Position numbers and translations under genes: made by a program
In this document: positions 10,490 to 20,259 of the stretch, one piece after another
Numbering within the stretch: the first letter of the stretch is position 1
Layout of the letters: each line of letters begins with the position of its first letter
Assembly (NCBI GenBank): GCA_050942895.1
Contig: JBMNOE010000006.1
Location: 35,578-99,577 of the forward strand
Reading direction: 5' to 3'
DNA: 64,000 nt
From: Christensenellales bacterium
GTDB lineage: Bacteria > Bacillota > Clostridia > Christensenellales > UBA1750
The notes under the pieces: generated by a model
Seen by the model: only the letters and a program-made list of their open reading frames with translations
What the model was told of the DNA's origin: nothing
Databases searched by the model: none

Positions 10490-11353
10490 TTAATATTGCA
10501 TCCAGATTTCCGACGGCAATATCCTGATATGGGCTCTGTCCATGGGGATCAGCTCGCCGTCCACATTCATATATTGGCCTTCGCGTTCGATTATGGCCTC
10601 TTTGCAGCGCAGGGTTTCCGCGTATTTTATCGTCTTTACTTTGCCGCTTATGAACTTGGGCAGCAAGAGGGGGATTTTCCATCTTGGAACGGGATGGACT
10701 ATCACCACGTCAAAAAGGCCGTCGTCCAGCTCCGCGTCCGGCGCCACTTTCATTCCGCCGCCAAAGCATTTGCCGTTGGCCACTGATATCATCATTATGG
10801 GAAGCCGTCTTTCAAGGCCGTCAATGGTGAGCTTCACGTCTATATTTTTGTGGGTTATGATGGCAAGCAGCCCGCCTATAAGATATGGCAACAGCCCCCT
10901 CATCATCTTTTTAAACTTCAAAGTCCAGCGAAGGGAGTTCACATCGAAACCGGTGCCAACGATATTAACAAAGGAAAGATCATTTATCATGCCCAGGTCT
11001 ACCCTTCGCGCAGTGCCGTCAAGCCCTGCCTGCAGGGCCTCGATTGGCCTGCCGGGCAGGTTCACGGCCTTTGATATGTCGTTGCCGGTGCCCGCGGGGA
11101 TGATGCCCATAGGGACGCTGGAACCCTTCATGCCCTCGGCCACCTCGCGCACGGTGCCGTCGCCCCCCAGTGCGAATACGCATTTTGCGCCATTGCTGAC
11201 AGCCTGCGCAGCCAGTTCAGTGGCGTGGAAGGGCGCCTGGGTTTCCCCCACAATGAACTGAACCTTCTTTTCGTTTAAGTATGCCCGCACATTATCCAAA
11301 ACGGCTGCGGCTGCGCCATGTCCGGCGGTCTTGTTTGCGACTATATATATCAT
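10490..11353 (-). CDS. Diacylglycerol kinase family lipid kinase (YegS/BmrU-like)
   Basis: NKTAG, GGDGT, PAGTGND, GGGM and DGE motifs. Start MIYIVAN follows GGAGG. Confidence 0.92.
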   Translation of the reverse strand: MIYIVANKTAGHGAAAAVLDNVRAYLNEKKVQFIVGETQAPFHATELAAQAVSNGAKCVFALGGDGTVREVAEGMKGSSVPMGIIPAGTGNDISKAVNLPGRPIEALQAGLDGTARRVDLGMINDLSFVNIVGTGFDVNSLRWTLKFKKMMRGLLPYLIGGLLAIITHKNIDVKLTIDGLERRLPIMMISVANGKCFGGGMKVAPDAELDDGLFDVVIVHPVPRWKIPLLLPKFISGKVKTIKYAETLRCKEAIIEREGQYMNVDGELIPMDRAHIRILPSEIWMQY

Positions 11354-11503
11354 CTGTGAGAATCCTCCAATAGTGAGTATTATATCAAATGCAAAGGGCG
11401 GTGTACATATATTATGTCGAACAATATTTAATTTCAAATTTTTTTATAATATTAGGATATATGAAGGTTTATGAGATATAATCATAAAATATGATAATTA
11501 TTA

Positions 11504-11532
11504 TTGACAGGAAATGAAACTGTATATACAAT
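11504..11532 (+). promoter_or_regulatory. Sigma-A promoter of mscL
   Basis: TTGACA-17 bp-TACAAT. Palindrome TTTATGA-N7-TCATAAA lies just upstream (11468-11488). Confidence 0.7.
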
Positions 11533-11658
11533 CAAAATATTATGACATGTCTTCGTAAGGGGCCGCCTTATAGCTGCTTGAAAACAGCGGCTTAGAAGCA
11601 TATTAATTGAGCAAAAAATAAGCAAACAATATTATAATAATGAAAAGAAGGGGACTGT

Positions 11659-12174
11659 ATGGCAAAGAAAAAGTTTTCTGAGAGAATGAAGGGCTTCAAG
11701 GACGGCTTCATCAGTTTTGCGACCAGAGGAAACATGATAGACCTTGCGGTCGGCATGATTATCGGCAGCGCTTTCACGGCAATCGTGAATTCTCTTGTGA
11801 ATGATCTGCTGATGCCTTTGCTTAGCCCGCTCACCGGCAAGCTGGACTTTTCAAACCTGTTCGTGGCGATGGACGGCAACGATTATGCCACCCTTACCGA
11901 GGCCACCGAAGCGGGAGTGGCGCTGCTTAAGTATGGAAACTTCATCACCCTCACCATCAACTTTCTGATCATCGCGCTGAGCATTTTCATAATAATCAGT
12001 TGGATAGGCAAAATCAGAGAAAGGGCGGAGGCTCACGAAAAGAAGAAAAAGGCGCAGGAGGCTCCCTCCGAGGAAGCCGCCCCAACCACCAAAACATGCC
12101 CCTACTGCATAACGGAGATCGCCATAGAGGCCACCAGATGCCCCAACTGCACCTCCGTGCTGGACGAAGCATAG
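11659..12174 (+). CDS. mscL: Large-conductance mechanosensitive channel with C-terminal zinc ribbon
   Basis: RGNMIDLAVGMIIGSAF...SLVNDLLMP and YGNFI motifs. Tail CPYC...CPNC. Confidence 0.95.
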   Translation: MAKKKFSERMKGFKDGFISFATRGNMIDLAVGMIIGSAFTAIVNSLVNDLLMPLLSPLTGKLDFSNLFVAMDGNDYATLTEATEAGVALLKYGNFITLTINFLIIALSIFIIISWIGKIRERAEAHEKKKKAQEAPSEEAAPTTKTCPYCITEIAIEATRCPNCTSVLDEA

Positions 12175-12188
12175 CAATTTTAAATAGC

Positions 12189-12217
12189 AAGAGGACGGTA
12201 CAGCCGTCCTCTTTGTT
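12189..12217. terminator. Intrinsic terminator between convergent mscL and desulfoferrodoxin
   Basis: AAGAGGACGG / CCGTCCTCTT stem followed by TGTT. Confidence 0.7.
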
Positions 12218-12258
12218 CATTTAGTTAAAAACTAAAAAACTAAAAAACTAAAATAAAA

Positions 12259-12639
12259 TTAAAGTTCTTTTACCCACAGGCCGTGGAGATTGCAGTAGGC
12301 GAAAACGGCCTTTGCGCTGTCGTCCGCCAGGGCGAAATTTAGCTCCGGCTCCATGCCGGGCTTAAGGGCCTTGCGCTGGCCGCCGCTTTCGGTCTGCACA
12401 TATACCCACTCGATGTAATGCACTTTTTCCATGGGATGGGGCGCCGAGCCGATCTTCACCTTCACGGAGCTTCCGTCAACGGTGACTTCAGGAACATGCT
12501 TTTCCTGGCTGGCATCAACGCTGTTGGCCTTAAGGGGGGTCATCTCCTCGCCGCAGCACATCATGGGAATGCCCGCGTCAAATATCATGCCGATGATATT
12601 GCCGCACACCTCGCATCTTAAAAACCTGTTGCTGATCAT
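12259..12639 (-). CDS. Desulfoferrodoxin / superoxide reductase
   Basis: CEVCGN...CCG (centre I) and EKHVP, HPM, HYI, YCNLHG (centre II). AGGAGG RBS. Confidence 0.95.
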   Translation of the reverse strand: MISNRFLRCEVCGNIIGMIFDAGIPMMCCGEEMTPLKANSVDASQEKHVPEVTVDGSSVKVKIGSAPHPMEKVHYIEWVYVQTESGGQRKALKPGMEPELNFALADDSAKAVFAYCNLHGLWVKEL

Positions 12640-12875
12640 ATCCAATTCCTCCTAGTTTATATTTTATATTTATACATTAGTATATATTAGTATATATTTC
12701 ATTTTTATTATGCGGATATTCATATGATTTTGTGAAATGAGCTTGATGTTTCTTATGGATAATATACTATTTTTTTGAAAAACAATCAAGTGCTTCTGAA
12801 TTGTTCTTACCGAAAGCTCGGCCGGGGCTTCCCTTGTCAATCCCCGCATAGGCTGTACTTGACCGCCGTTTTTGT

Positions 12876-12904
12876 TTGAAAGGGGCAACTAACTGTGTTA
12901 TAAT
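12876..12904 (+). promoter_or_regulatory. Sigma-A promoter of the apgM-ade operon
   Basis: TTGAAA-17 bp-TATAAT with TG extension. Confidence 0.65.
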
Positions 12905-12953
12905 CGGGAAAAGTTTGTTTGCCCGCGGCGCTCGCAGGGCGGAAAGGCGACAC

Positions 12954-14177
12954 ATGAAATATATAGTCGTAATCGGCGATGGCTGCGCCGATCTTCCGAT
13001 AGAAAACCTTGGAAATAAAACCCCCCTTGAATATGCCGAAACGCCCTGGCTGGACCGGCTCTCAAGCCGGGGCGAAATTGGACTGGTTGAGACTGTGCCT
13101 AAGGGTGTTCCCGCAGGAAGCGACACCGCAATTCTCTCCATTTTTGGCAACGATCCCAGGGTATGCTACACAGGGCGCTCGCCCTTGGAGGCGGCGGGCT
13201 GCGGAATGAAGCTGAATGCCGATGAAATTTCCTTCAGGACCAATGTGGTTTCTTTGGGCAGTGAGGAAGCCTTTGCTGACAAGATAATATACTCTCACAG
13301 CGGCGGGAGCATCCCCGGGGATGATTCAATCTCCCTGATGCAGGCCTGCATGGCTGATGAAAAGTTCATGGGGATTGCAGGAAGGCTAAACATGCGCTTT
13401 CATCTGACCCATTCCTTCAGGCATATAACAGCCATCAGCGGGGTGGACTTCGTGCCAGAGCAAAAGCCCCCCCACGATCTTCTGGGCAAAGCCATCGGTG
13501 GCTACAGGGGGGAGGACGCGGTTTCAAGGACTCTTACCGAGCTGATGGAAAGAGCCTTTGAGATAATGGATCCCCACCCGATAAATGCCCGCAGGAGAAG
13601 CGAAGGCCTTCTGCCTGCCAACTGCATATGGAGCTGGGGCGAGGGCAGGGCATTGCTTTTGGACAACTTCGCAGAAAAATACGGCAAGACGGCGAAGGTC
13701 ATAAGCGCGGTGCCGCTGGTGAAGGGGATCGGCGCGCTGATGGGCGTCGATTCCATAGATGTTCCCGGCGCTACAGGCGAGCTGGACACCGACTATGAGG
13801 GAAAGGCTGACGCAGCCATAAGCGCTCTTTTGGGCGGGGATGACATGGCCGTGGTCCACATCGAAGCGCCGGACGAGTGCTCCCACGCGGGGGACATGGA
13901 GGGCAAGCTGAAGGCCATAGAAAACATCGACAGCAAAGTTATGGGAAGAATTGTCAATCGGCTTCGGGGGAAATGCGATTTTCGCATACTCTATCTTTCC
14001 GACCACCCCACATTGCTTTCCACCCGTACCCATGACGGCGCGCCGGTGCCGTACCTGATTTATGACAGCAGGGAGCTTTCAACGAGCGGCCTTGACTTCG
14101 GCGAGACCAATGCCGCAAAGGGCAGCTACATCGCCGACGGAACAGAGCTGATGAGCCGTTTGTTTGAGCAAAACTGA
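12954..14177 (+). CDS. apgM: Cofactor-independent phosphoglycerate mutase (archaeal-type, ApgM family)
   Basis: MKYIVVIGDG.AD, GSDTA, GRSPLEA, HIEAPDECSH, SDHPT and THD motifs. Confidence 0.88.
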   Translation: MKYIVVIGDGCADLPIENLGNKTPLEYAETPWLDRLSSRGEIGLVETVPKGVPAGSDTAILSIFGNDPRVCYTGRSPLEAAGCGMKLNADEISFRTNVVSLGSEEAFADKIIYSHSGGSIPGDDSISLMQACMADEKFMGIAGRLNMRFHLTHSFRHITAISGVDFVPEQKPPHDLLGKAIGGYRGEDAVSRTLTELMERAFEIMDPHPINARRRSEGLLPANCIWSWGEGRALLLDNFAEKYGKTAKVISAVPLVKGIGALMGVDSIDVPGATGELDTDYEGKADAAISALLGGDDMAVVHIEAPDECSHAGDMEGKLKAIENIDSKVMGRIVNRLRGKCDFRILYLSDHPTLLSTRTHDGAPVPYLIYDSRELSTSGLDFGETNAAKGSYIADGTELMSRLFEQN

Positions 14178-14201
14178 GCAAAGCAAATAAGGGAAAAAGA
14201 G

Positions 14202-16001
14202 ATGATAAGCGTTTTTCAAAAGCAGCGGATGATCGAGGTGGCCATGGGCAAAAGGCCGGCGGAGTTGGTCATCACCGGGGGGAAGATAGTGAATGTTTTC
14301 ACCGGTGAAATATATGAAGCCGACATTGCGGTTTCCGGCGGGCTGATATGCGGGGTGGGGAACTACAGCGGTGGGAAAACCCGCGGTGAGAAAACCCTGG
14401 ATGCAGCGGGCGCGTATATCTGCCCCGGGCTCATAGACGCGCATTTTCACATTGAGTCCACCCGGGCCACCCCAAGAGAGGTGATCCGCCACGCTCTGGC
14501 CCATGGCAATACTGCGTTCATCGCCGATCCCCACGAGATTGCCAACGTGCTGGGCCTTGAAGGCATCGGCTATATGATGTTTGAAACGGAAAATGTGCCC
14601 TTCGGCGCGTACTTTGCTGCACCCTCCTGTGTGCCTTCCTCAAAGCATGAGGATAATGGCGCTGTTATTGGCCCGGCTGACCTTGAAAAGCTGGCATGTC
14701 TGCCCAGGATGGTGGCCCTTGGCGAGATGATGGACGCTCCAGCGGTAGTCTTGGGGGGCAAAAGCGAGCTGGAGAAGATAGAGGCCTTTGGCAGCAAGCC
14801 GGTGGACGGCCATATCACAGGCACCGGGGCAAAGGACGATCTAAAAACATTAAACGCCTACTTCGCTGCGGGAATAATGAGCAACCACGAGTGCAACGAT
14901 GCGCAGGATGCCATCGCCCAGCTTCGGCTTGGCGCTTATGTTCAGGTGCGCCAGGGCAGCGCGGCGAAGAATGCGGCGGGCTTGCTGGCGGTGATAAAGG
15001 AATCCGGCGTTTCGCTGAGGAGATTGCTGCTTTGCACCGACGACAAGCATATCGAGGATATCGCGAAGAGAGGTCTTACGGTGGAGCCCCTTAGAATCGC
15101 CGTTGAGCAGGGCATCGACCCCGTTGCCGCCGTTCAAATGGCCACAATCAACGCCGCTGACGCTTACGGCCTGAGACATATCGGCGCCATCGCTCCGGGC
15201 AGGTACGCCGATCTGGTTTTTTTCAGCGATCTGAAGGACTTTAACGTGGAAAAAGTTTTCTACAGGGGGGAGCTTGTCAGCGAAAACGGCAGCCTGCCGG
15301 ATGTATCGCCCCTTAACAGCAGCGATTATTTGCGCCAGACGATGAAAATGCGCTACGTAACCGAGTTTGATATCAAGCTCAAGGTGGGGAAGATGGCCAG
15401 AATAATCAACCTGGTGCCCGGCGAGCTGACGACCTTCGAAACAAGGGAAAAGGTTCCACAGATCTCAGGCATTTTCAAGCCGGACAAAAAATACGCCAAG
15501 CTCTGCGTGGTGGAAAGGCATAAGGCCACGGGGAAGATCGGCCTGGGCATAGTGAAGGGCTTTGGCATAAGCGGCGGCTGCATCGCCTCCACCGTCGCCC
15601 ATGATTCCCATAACTTCATCGCCGCTTCAGACAACGACGGCGACATGCTGCTGGCTATCGATGCAGTAAACCGCATGGGCGGGGGAATGGCTGTGGTTTC
15701 AGGGGGAGAAATAAAGGCGAGGATGCCTCTGCCCATAGCGGGGCTTATGTCAGATGCTCCTTTTGAGGAGCTGAAGCGCCAGGCCGAGGAGATAGAAGCA
15801 GCGGCGAGAGCTTTGGGGATTCCGGAGGGGATCGAGCCCTTCATGAATCTCTCCTTCCTTTCGCTGACGGCAATCGGGGATATAAGGCTGACCGCCAGAG
15901 GACTATATGACGTCAAGCGGCAGAAATTCGCGGAGATCAGCCCGAAGGCGCGCAGCATTTTTAAAAAGCATGGCGCAAAAGCGGAGGGTAAGAAACAATG
16001 A
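14202..16001 (+). CDS. ade: Adenine deaminase
   Basis: PGLIDAHFHIES, ADPHEIANV, NHEC, CTDD, STVAHDSHN, LPIAGLMS. Confidence 0.93.
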   Translation: MISVFQKQRMIEVAMGKRPAELVITGGKIVNVFTGEIYEADIAVSGGLICGVGNYSGGKTRGEKTLDAAGAYICPGLIDAHFHIESTRATPREVIRHALAHGNTAFIADPHEIANVLGLEGIGYMMFETENVPFGAYFAAPSCVPSSKHEDNGAVIGPADLEKLACLPRMVALGEMMDAPAVVLGGKSELEKIEAFGSKPVDGHITGTGAKDDLKTLNAYFAAGIMSNHECNDAQDAIAQLRLGAYVQVRQGSAAKNAAGLLAVIKESGVSLRRLLLCTDDKHIEDIAKRGLTVEPLRIAVEQGIDPVAAVQMATINAADAYGLRHIGAIAPGRYADLVFFSDLKDFNVEKVFYRGELVSENGSLPDVSPLNSSDYLRQTMKMRYVTEFDIKLKVGKMARIINLVPGELTTFETREKVPQISGIFKPDKKYAKLCVVERHKATGKIGLGIVKGFGISGGCIASTVAHDSHNFIAASDNDGDMLLAIDAVNRMGGGMAVVSGGEIKARMPLPIAGLMSDAPFEELKRQAEEIEAAARALGIPEGIEPFMNLSFLSLTAIGDIRLTARGLYDVKRQKFAEISPKARSIFKKHGAKAEGKKQ

Positions 16002-17131
16002 AAGTTGCGCTGAAAAGATGCGATGAATACTCAATCGATGATATTAGCAAAGCCCTTGACGAAGCGATAAAGCTTCTGGGCGGCATGGAGCAGTTCGCGG
16101 GGGCAGGGGAAAGGGTGCTGGTAAAGCCCAATCTGCTGATGCCCTGCTCGCCGGAAAAGGCCGCCACCACCCATCCGGAGGTGGTAAGGGCGGTTTTGCG
16201 CCTTGTGAAAAGCGCCGGGGCGCAGGCGGTAATCGGCGAATGCCCCGGAGGGATTTTCTCGCCCTCGTATCTAAAGCTGGTCTATTCCCAGTGCGGTATA
16301 ACGAAGGTTGCGCGGGAGGAGGGCTGCGAAATTATCTTTGACTTCACCGAAACAGCGGTGGAGCAGCCTTTGGCGGTCATCGAAAAGTGGCCGATAATAG
16401 CATCTTTTTACCGTGAATATGATAGAATAATCAATATAGCGAAGCTCAAGACCCATGGATTCATGGGCTATTCGGGTGCGGTCAAGAATATGTTCGGCGC
16501 TGTGCCGGGCGTTCATAAGGCTCAATACCACCTGAAATACCCCGAAAAGTCAGATTTTGCCGCCGCCATAGTGGATATATACGAGGCTGTGAGGCCCAGC
16601 CTTTGCATCGTGGACGGCATAATCGCCATGGAGGGGGACGGGCCTTCCGGGGGCGTTCCCAGGAAGATCGGCGCCCTTGTTGCCGGCGGGAACGGCCATG
16701 GGGTGGACCTTGCCTGCGCCAAAATGGTAGGGATTGATCCTGCGTCGCTGCCGATATTGAATGAAGCGCTTGCCAGGGGGCTTTTGCAGAGGGATGAGCT
16801 GAAGGTTTTGGGGGATGAGTTTGCCCCGCTTAAGGATTTTTTGCCCCCGAAGAACCTTAAAAGCGACATGAGCTTCAGCAGCGGCGCTTTGATGAGGCTG
16901 ATCGGTAAGGTTTCAAAGTCTTACCCCAAGTTTATTTATGCAAAATGCACCGGCTGTGCAATCTGCGCCAGAAACTGCCCGCCAAAGGCGATAACCATGT
17001 CTGCCGTGGCTAAGTTCTCCGGCAAAAGGCCCTTTCTGGACAAAAAGCTTTGCATAAACTGCCTTTGCTGCCATGAGCTTTGCCCAAGCCTTGCAATAGA
17101 CATAAAGCGCTTCATGAACATGAAGGTTTAG
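15998..17131 (+). CDS. DUF362 domain protein with C-terminal 2x[4Fe-4S] ferredoxin
   Basis: VLVKPN, TTHPEV, KLKTH, VKNMFG, MEGDGP. Tail CTGCAICARNCP and CINCLCCHELCP. Confidence 0.9.
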   Translation: MKVALKRCDEYSIDDISKALDEAIKLLGGMEQFAGAGERVLVKPNLLMPCSPEKAATTHPEVVRAVLRLVKSAGAQAVIGECPGGIFSPSYLKLVYSQCGITKVAREEGCEIIFDFTETAVEQPLAVIEKWPIIASFYREYDRIINIAKLKTHGFMGYSGAVKNMFGAVPGVHKAQYHLKYPEKSDFAAAIVDIYEAVRPSLCIVDGIIAMEGDGPSGGVPRKIGALVAGGNGHGVDLACAKMVGIDPASLPILNEALARGLLQRDELKVLGDEFAPLKDFLPPKNLKSDMSFSSGALMRLIGKVSKSYPKFIYAKCTGCAICARNCPPKAITMSAVAKFSGKRPFLDKKLCINCLCCHELCPSLAIDIKRFMNMKV

Positions 17132-17167
17132 CGGCGAAAGGTAGAAAGAAAAGAGGATTATTGCAAA

Positions 17168-17893
17168 ATGGATAAGCACAGAGATGAACTTCTGGGAAGA
17201 TATACAAAAGAATACTTCGCCTATCTGGGCTATGACCATGGCAAAAACTTGCAGGCCGTGGTGGAGGAGGGCCTTTCGATAGCCTACCCTTTGATGGTGA
17301 AAGAGATGGGCGGAAAGACGGTGGTCTGCCTGGCGGAGGAGATCGAGGAGGCGATACCGGAGATAGAAAAAATGCCGGCAGGCAGCTTGTTCGATGATTT
17401 CGCCAACTTTCTTTTTGAGCCGGAAACTCCATTCGAGAAGGATTTTTCGTACATCGGCGTGCATGACTTAAGGACCGTGGGCGAAGTGGAGCTGCCGGCG
17501 GGAATATCTGTCCGCAGGCTCGACAGGGAGGACAAACAGGATAAAAAGCTGTTCGCGCAGTTCTATAGAACGATCGCAAAAAAAGAACAGGCCCTCGCAC
17601 AGGTGAGCCTGACTGATGATTATGTTCTGGGGCTGTTTTTGCGCGGCGAGCTGGTGAGCGCCGCTTCCAGCCTTATGTGGAATGATATAATGGATATCGG
17701 CGTGGCCACCCGTCCGGACAAAAGGGGCAAGGGCTTCGGCGTGCTGGCAGTCAGAAAGCTTTGCCGGCTGAGGGCGGGGGAGAATATAGCCCAATACCGC
17801 TGCGACAAGACAAACGCCGCCTCAGTGCGGCTGATGGAATCCGCCGGATTCATTCCCGCGGCGAAGCTGACAGGGATGATACTTAAAATATAA
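17168..17893 (+). CDS. GNAT family N-acetyltransferase
   Basis: DIGVATRPDKRGKGFG acetyl-CoA motif A and N.AS..L.E..GF. Confidence 0.85.
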   Translation: MDKHRDELLGRYTKEYFAYLGYDHGKNLQAVVEEGLSIAYPLMVKEMGGKTVVCLAEEIEEAIPEIEKMPAGSLFDDFANFLFEPETPFEKDFSYIGVHDLRTVGEVELPAGISVRRLDREDKQDKKLFAQFYRTIAKKEQALAQVSLTDDYVLGLFLRGELVSAASSLMWNDIMDIGVATRPDKRGKGFGVLAVRKLCRLRAGENIAQYRCDKTNAASVRLMESAGFIPAAKLTGMILKI

Positions 17894-17911
17894 GCGGAGC
17901 AAAGCGGGAAG

Positions 17912-18670
17912 CTATTTCATCTGCGCACTTATTTCGTCCTCGTGTTTTTGGCAAAGGGAAAAGCTTTGCTTCATAAATTCCTCTATGTGAAGTCTTTTGT
18001 AAAGTTCATTCATCATTTCGAGGATGGGCTTTTCTTCTATGTTCATCGAATAAAAATACTCGTATGCGCAGCCGCTTTCAAAATATGGATTGATTTTGCT
18101 CAGCCTTTCATCGCGCATTATGATATCAACCACCATTTCGCTGAGCACCCATTTCAGATTCGGAGTTTCATACTCGCTGTAGTCGTCGCCGAAAATCCCT
18201 TGCCAGACATGAAACCATAAAAAATGTATCATCTCGTGAATGCTTATCCCAAGAGCGCCCCTTTCGGAATTTAAATAGAACACATCGAATGCGCGTTCTT
18301 TTAAAAAGCGCGGGCTTATGGGGTTCAGCGTTATGTTTACTGTTATATCGTTGAACAGTCGTCTAACATCGATGCCAAAAGCATCAATGAAGGCTGCTTC
18401 GATCTGTCTGGAATGCTTCAGCCAGTGATCACGGTACAGCTTGGTTTTAAGGGCAATTTCCTCCTTGATGCTGCTGTATGCCTCGGACAGCACATCGTGC
18501 AGATATTTGCTTCGGCCTGCCGTGTCCAGAGAATCAAAGTAAGCTCTGTCAAGCCGGGGATAGAATGCAAAAAGCGAATCTCTCCACCAATCGCTGTGCT
18601 GATCATCCTGGAACATCATTATGCTGTCTATGCTGTATTCGAGGCCGGGGTCTTTAAAGAATGGATTCAT
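17912..18670 (-). CDS. Hypothetical protein with HEXXH motif (possible Zn-metallopeptidase)
   Basis: 252-aa ORF after a GGAG RBS. Contains IHEMIH with a downstream LSE. Confidence 0.7.
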   Translation of the reverse strand: MNPFFKDPGLEYSIDSIMMFQDDQHSDWWRDSLFAFYPRLDRAYFDSLDTAGRSKYLHDVLSEAYSSIKEEIALKTKLYRDHWLKHSRQIEAAFIDAFGIDVRRLFNDITVNITLNPISPRFLKERAFDVFYLNSERGALGISIHEMIHFLWFHVWQGIFGDDYSEYETPNLKWVLSEMVVDIIMRDERLSKINPYFESGCAYEYFYSMNIEEKPILEMMNELYKRLHIEEFMKQSFSLCQKHEDEISAQMK

Positions 18671-18700
18671 CGGCGCTCCTTCCCGAAAGCTTGTTAGTGC

Positions 18701-19534
18701 TTATAGATCAAGCCGGCCTTTTCTGGCGCTGTGAAAGAGCATCTGCTGCACAATGCCCGCATCGCCGCCGAACAGCCGGGCGCTTTTGGCCTTGATCTGC
18801 CTGCGGTTGCCCTCCATGCCGTAAAGGTTTTGCATCACTCTTTCCACCCAGACATCCACGGGGAAGGCGCAGGAATAGCCGCAGGAAAACAGCAGAATGC
18901 AGTCCGCCACCTTTTCGCCGACGCCCTTGAAGGTCACCAGTTCCTTTAATGCAGCTTCATAGCCCATTGATTTTAGAGAGTCAAGATCGTAGCCCGCCGC
19001 CACTCGGGCTGAGGTTTCAGCGATATACTCCGCCCTGTAGCCGCAGCCCAGCTGGCGCAGCTTTTCGCTCCCGGCTTCTGCCAGCGCCTTGATCGACGGG
19101 AAAAGATGCACCTGAAAACCCTCTATCTGCCTTTTTTCGCCCATGCTTTCGCAGAGCCTTCGCATGATGAGCCTTATACGCTTATCGTTGTTGTTGGCGG
19201 ATATTATAAAGGCGATCAGCGTCTCCCATACGGGCTGATTCAGCACCCGCAATCCTTCGCAAATATCGAAGGCGTTTTTTATGCGGCTGTCATGGTCATA
19301 TCTTTTGGCGATCGCTCCGTAGTCTCTTTCAAGGTCAAAATAATGCAGCCAGTATTCTTCTGCCGCAGGGCCTTTCCAGTTAAGACGATAGCCATCCCCC
19401 AGCCTGTATATGGCGGCTGCGTTTTCTTCCACCGAGCCGATGTAGCCGAAATCTGAGCGCTCCCAGCGGAATGCCTGGCCGGAAAAGAAGGCCGCCTCCA
19501 GATCAATTGCGCCGGACAAAAACATTTCTTTCAT
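18701..19534 (-). CDS. 8-oxoguanine DNA glycosylase (Ogg, HhH-GPD family)
   Basis: SGQAFRW, FIISANNN, GCGYRA, HhH KGVGEKVADC and FPVDVW. Confidence 0.92.
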   Translation of the reverse strand: MKEMFLSGAIDLEAAFFSGQAFRWERSDFGYIGSVEENAAAIYRLGDGYRLNWKGPAAEEYWLHYFDLERDYGAIAKRYDHDSRIKNAFDICEGLRVLNQPVWETLIAFIISANNNDKRIRLIMRRLCESMGEKRQIEGFQVHLFPSIKALAEAGSEKLRQLGCGYRAEYIAETSARVAAGYDLDSLKSMGYEAALKELVTFKGVGEKVADCILLFSCGYSCAFPVDVWVERVMQNLYGMEGNRRQIKAKSARLFGGDAGIVQQMLFHSARKGRLDL

Positions 19535-19574
19535 AAATCCTCTTTTATAGCAATCATAAAGTAAAACTATAATT

Positions 19575-19602
19575 AAAAAACGGCAAGAAAACCTTCCTGC
19601 CG
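19575..19602 (-). terminator. Terminator of rplU-prp-rpmA
   Basis: CGGCAGGAA / TTCTTGCCG followed by TTTTTT on the minus strand. Confidence 0.75.
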
Positions 19603-19625
19603 CTTCATGCTCTTTGTGAACTGGC

Positions 19626-19913
19626 CTACTGAGCCTGCTCCACGGGGTACACGCTTGCCTGCTTGTTGAACTTGCCCTTGTGCTCAAAGCGCAAAATGCC
19701 GTCAACCTTTGCGTACAAAGTGTCATCATTGCCCCTGCCCACGTTCAGGCCGGGATGAATCTTCGTGCCCCTCTGGCGCACCAGAATGTTGCCCGCCAAA
19801 ACTGCCTGGCCATCTGCGCGCTTGGCGCCCAGGCGCTTGGATTCGCTGTCGCGGCCGTTGCGGGAGGAACCTACGCCCTTCTTGCTGGCGAATAGCTGTA
19901 AATTCATGATCAT
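19626..19913 (-). CDS. rpmA: 50S ribosomal protein L27 with N-terminal Prp-cleaved extension
   Basis: [29 protein letters not shown]. Confidence 0.98.
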   Translation of the reverse strand: MIMNLQLFASKKGVGSSRNGRDSESKRLGAKRADGQAVLAGNILVRQRGTKIHPGLNVGRGNDDTLYAKVDGILRFEHKGKFNKQASVYPVEQAQ

Positions 19914-20230
19914 GCTTCCACCTCCTGAAATGGTGCTACCCTCAAATGCTGAGGATGCGTGTCTGCGATGGCCTTAAGCCCGCAGTACATATTCGTAAAA
20001 ATGATCTGTGTTATCTCGCAGTCATCAGCGATGAGGGCGAACATGCCTTTTTCGTCATCCCTGTTGTAGAGACAGCCTATTCCATAATGTCTAAGCGAAA
20101 AGTACGCCGTCTGCGTCAGCGCGGAAACCGCCGCGCAGATTATGTCGCTGCCCCTTGGGGCGCTCCCCGAGTGCCCGCTTGCGTGAAAACCCCTGCGCTT
20201 TTTCCCCATAAGAGGAATTACTGTGATCAT
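19910..20230 (-). CDS. prp: Ribosomal-processing cysteine protease Prp
   Basis: GHS...DIICAAVS motif, located between rplU and rpmA. Confidence 0.93.
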   Translation of the reverse strand: MITVIPLMGKKRRGFHASGHSGSAPRGSDIICAAVSALTQTAYFSLRHYGIGCLYNRDDEKGMFALIADDCEITQIIFTNMYCGLKAIADTHPQHLRVAPFQEVEA

Positions 20231-20259
20231 TTCATCTTACCTTCATTGCATTAATCGCA

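Noticed and set aside
5537-11261. Several 200+ aa + strand ORFs over the dehydrogenase and kinase genes
   Set aside because: Antisense artefacts of GC-rich codon usage opposite well-supported genes.
12225-12258. CTAAAAAA tandem repeats after the desulfoferrodoxin stop codon
   Set aside because: Low-complexity intergenic slippage with no evident function.
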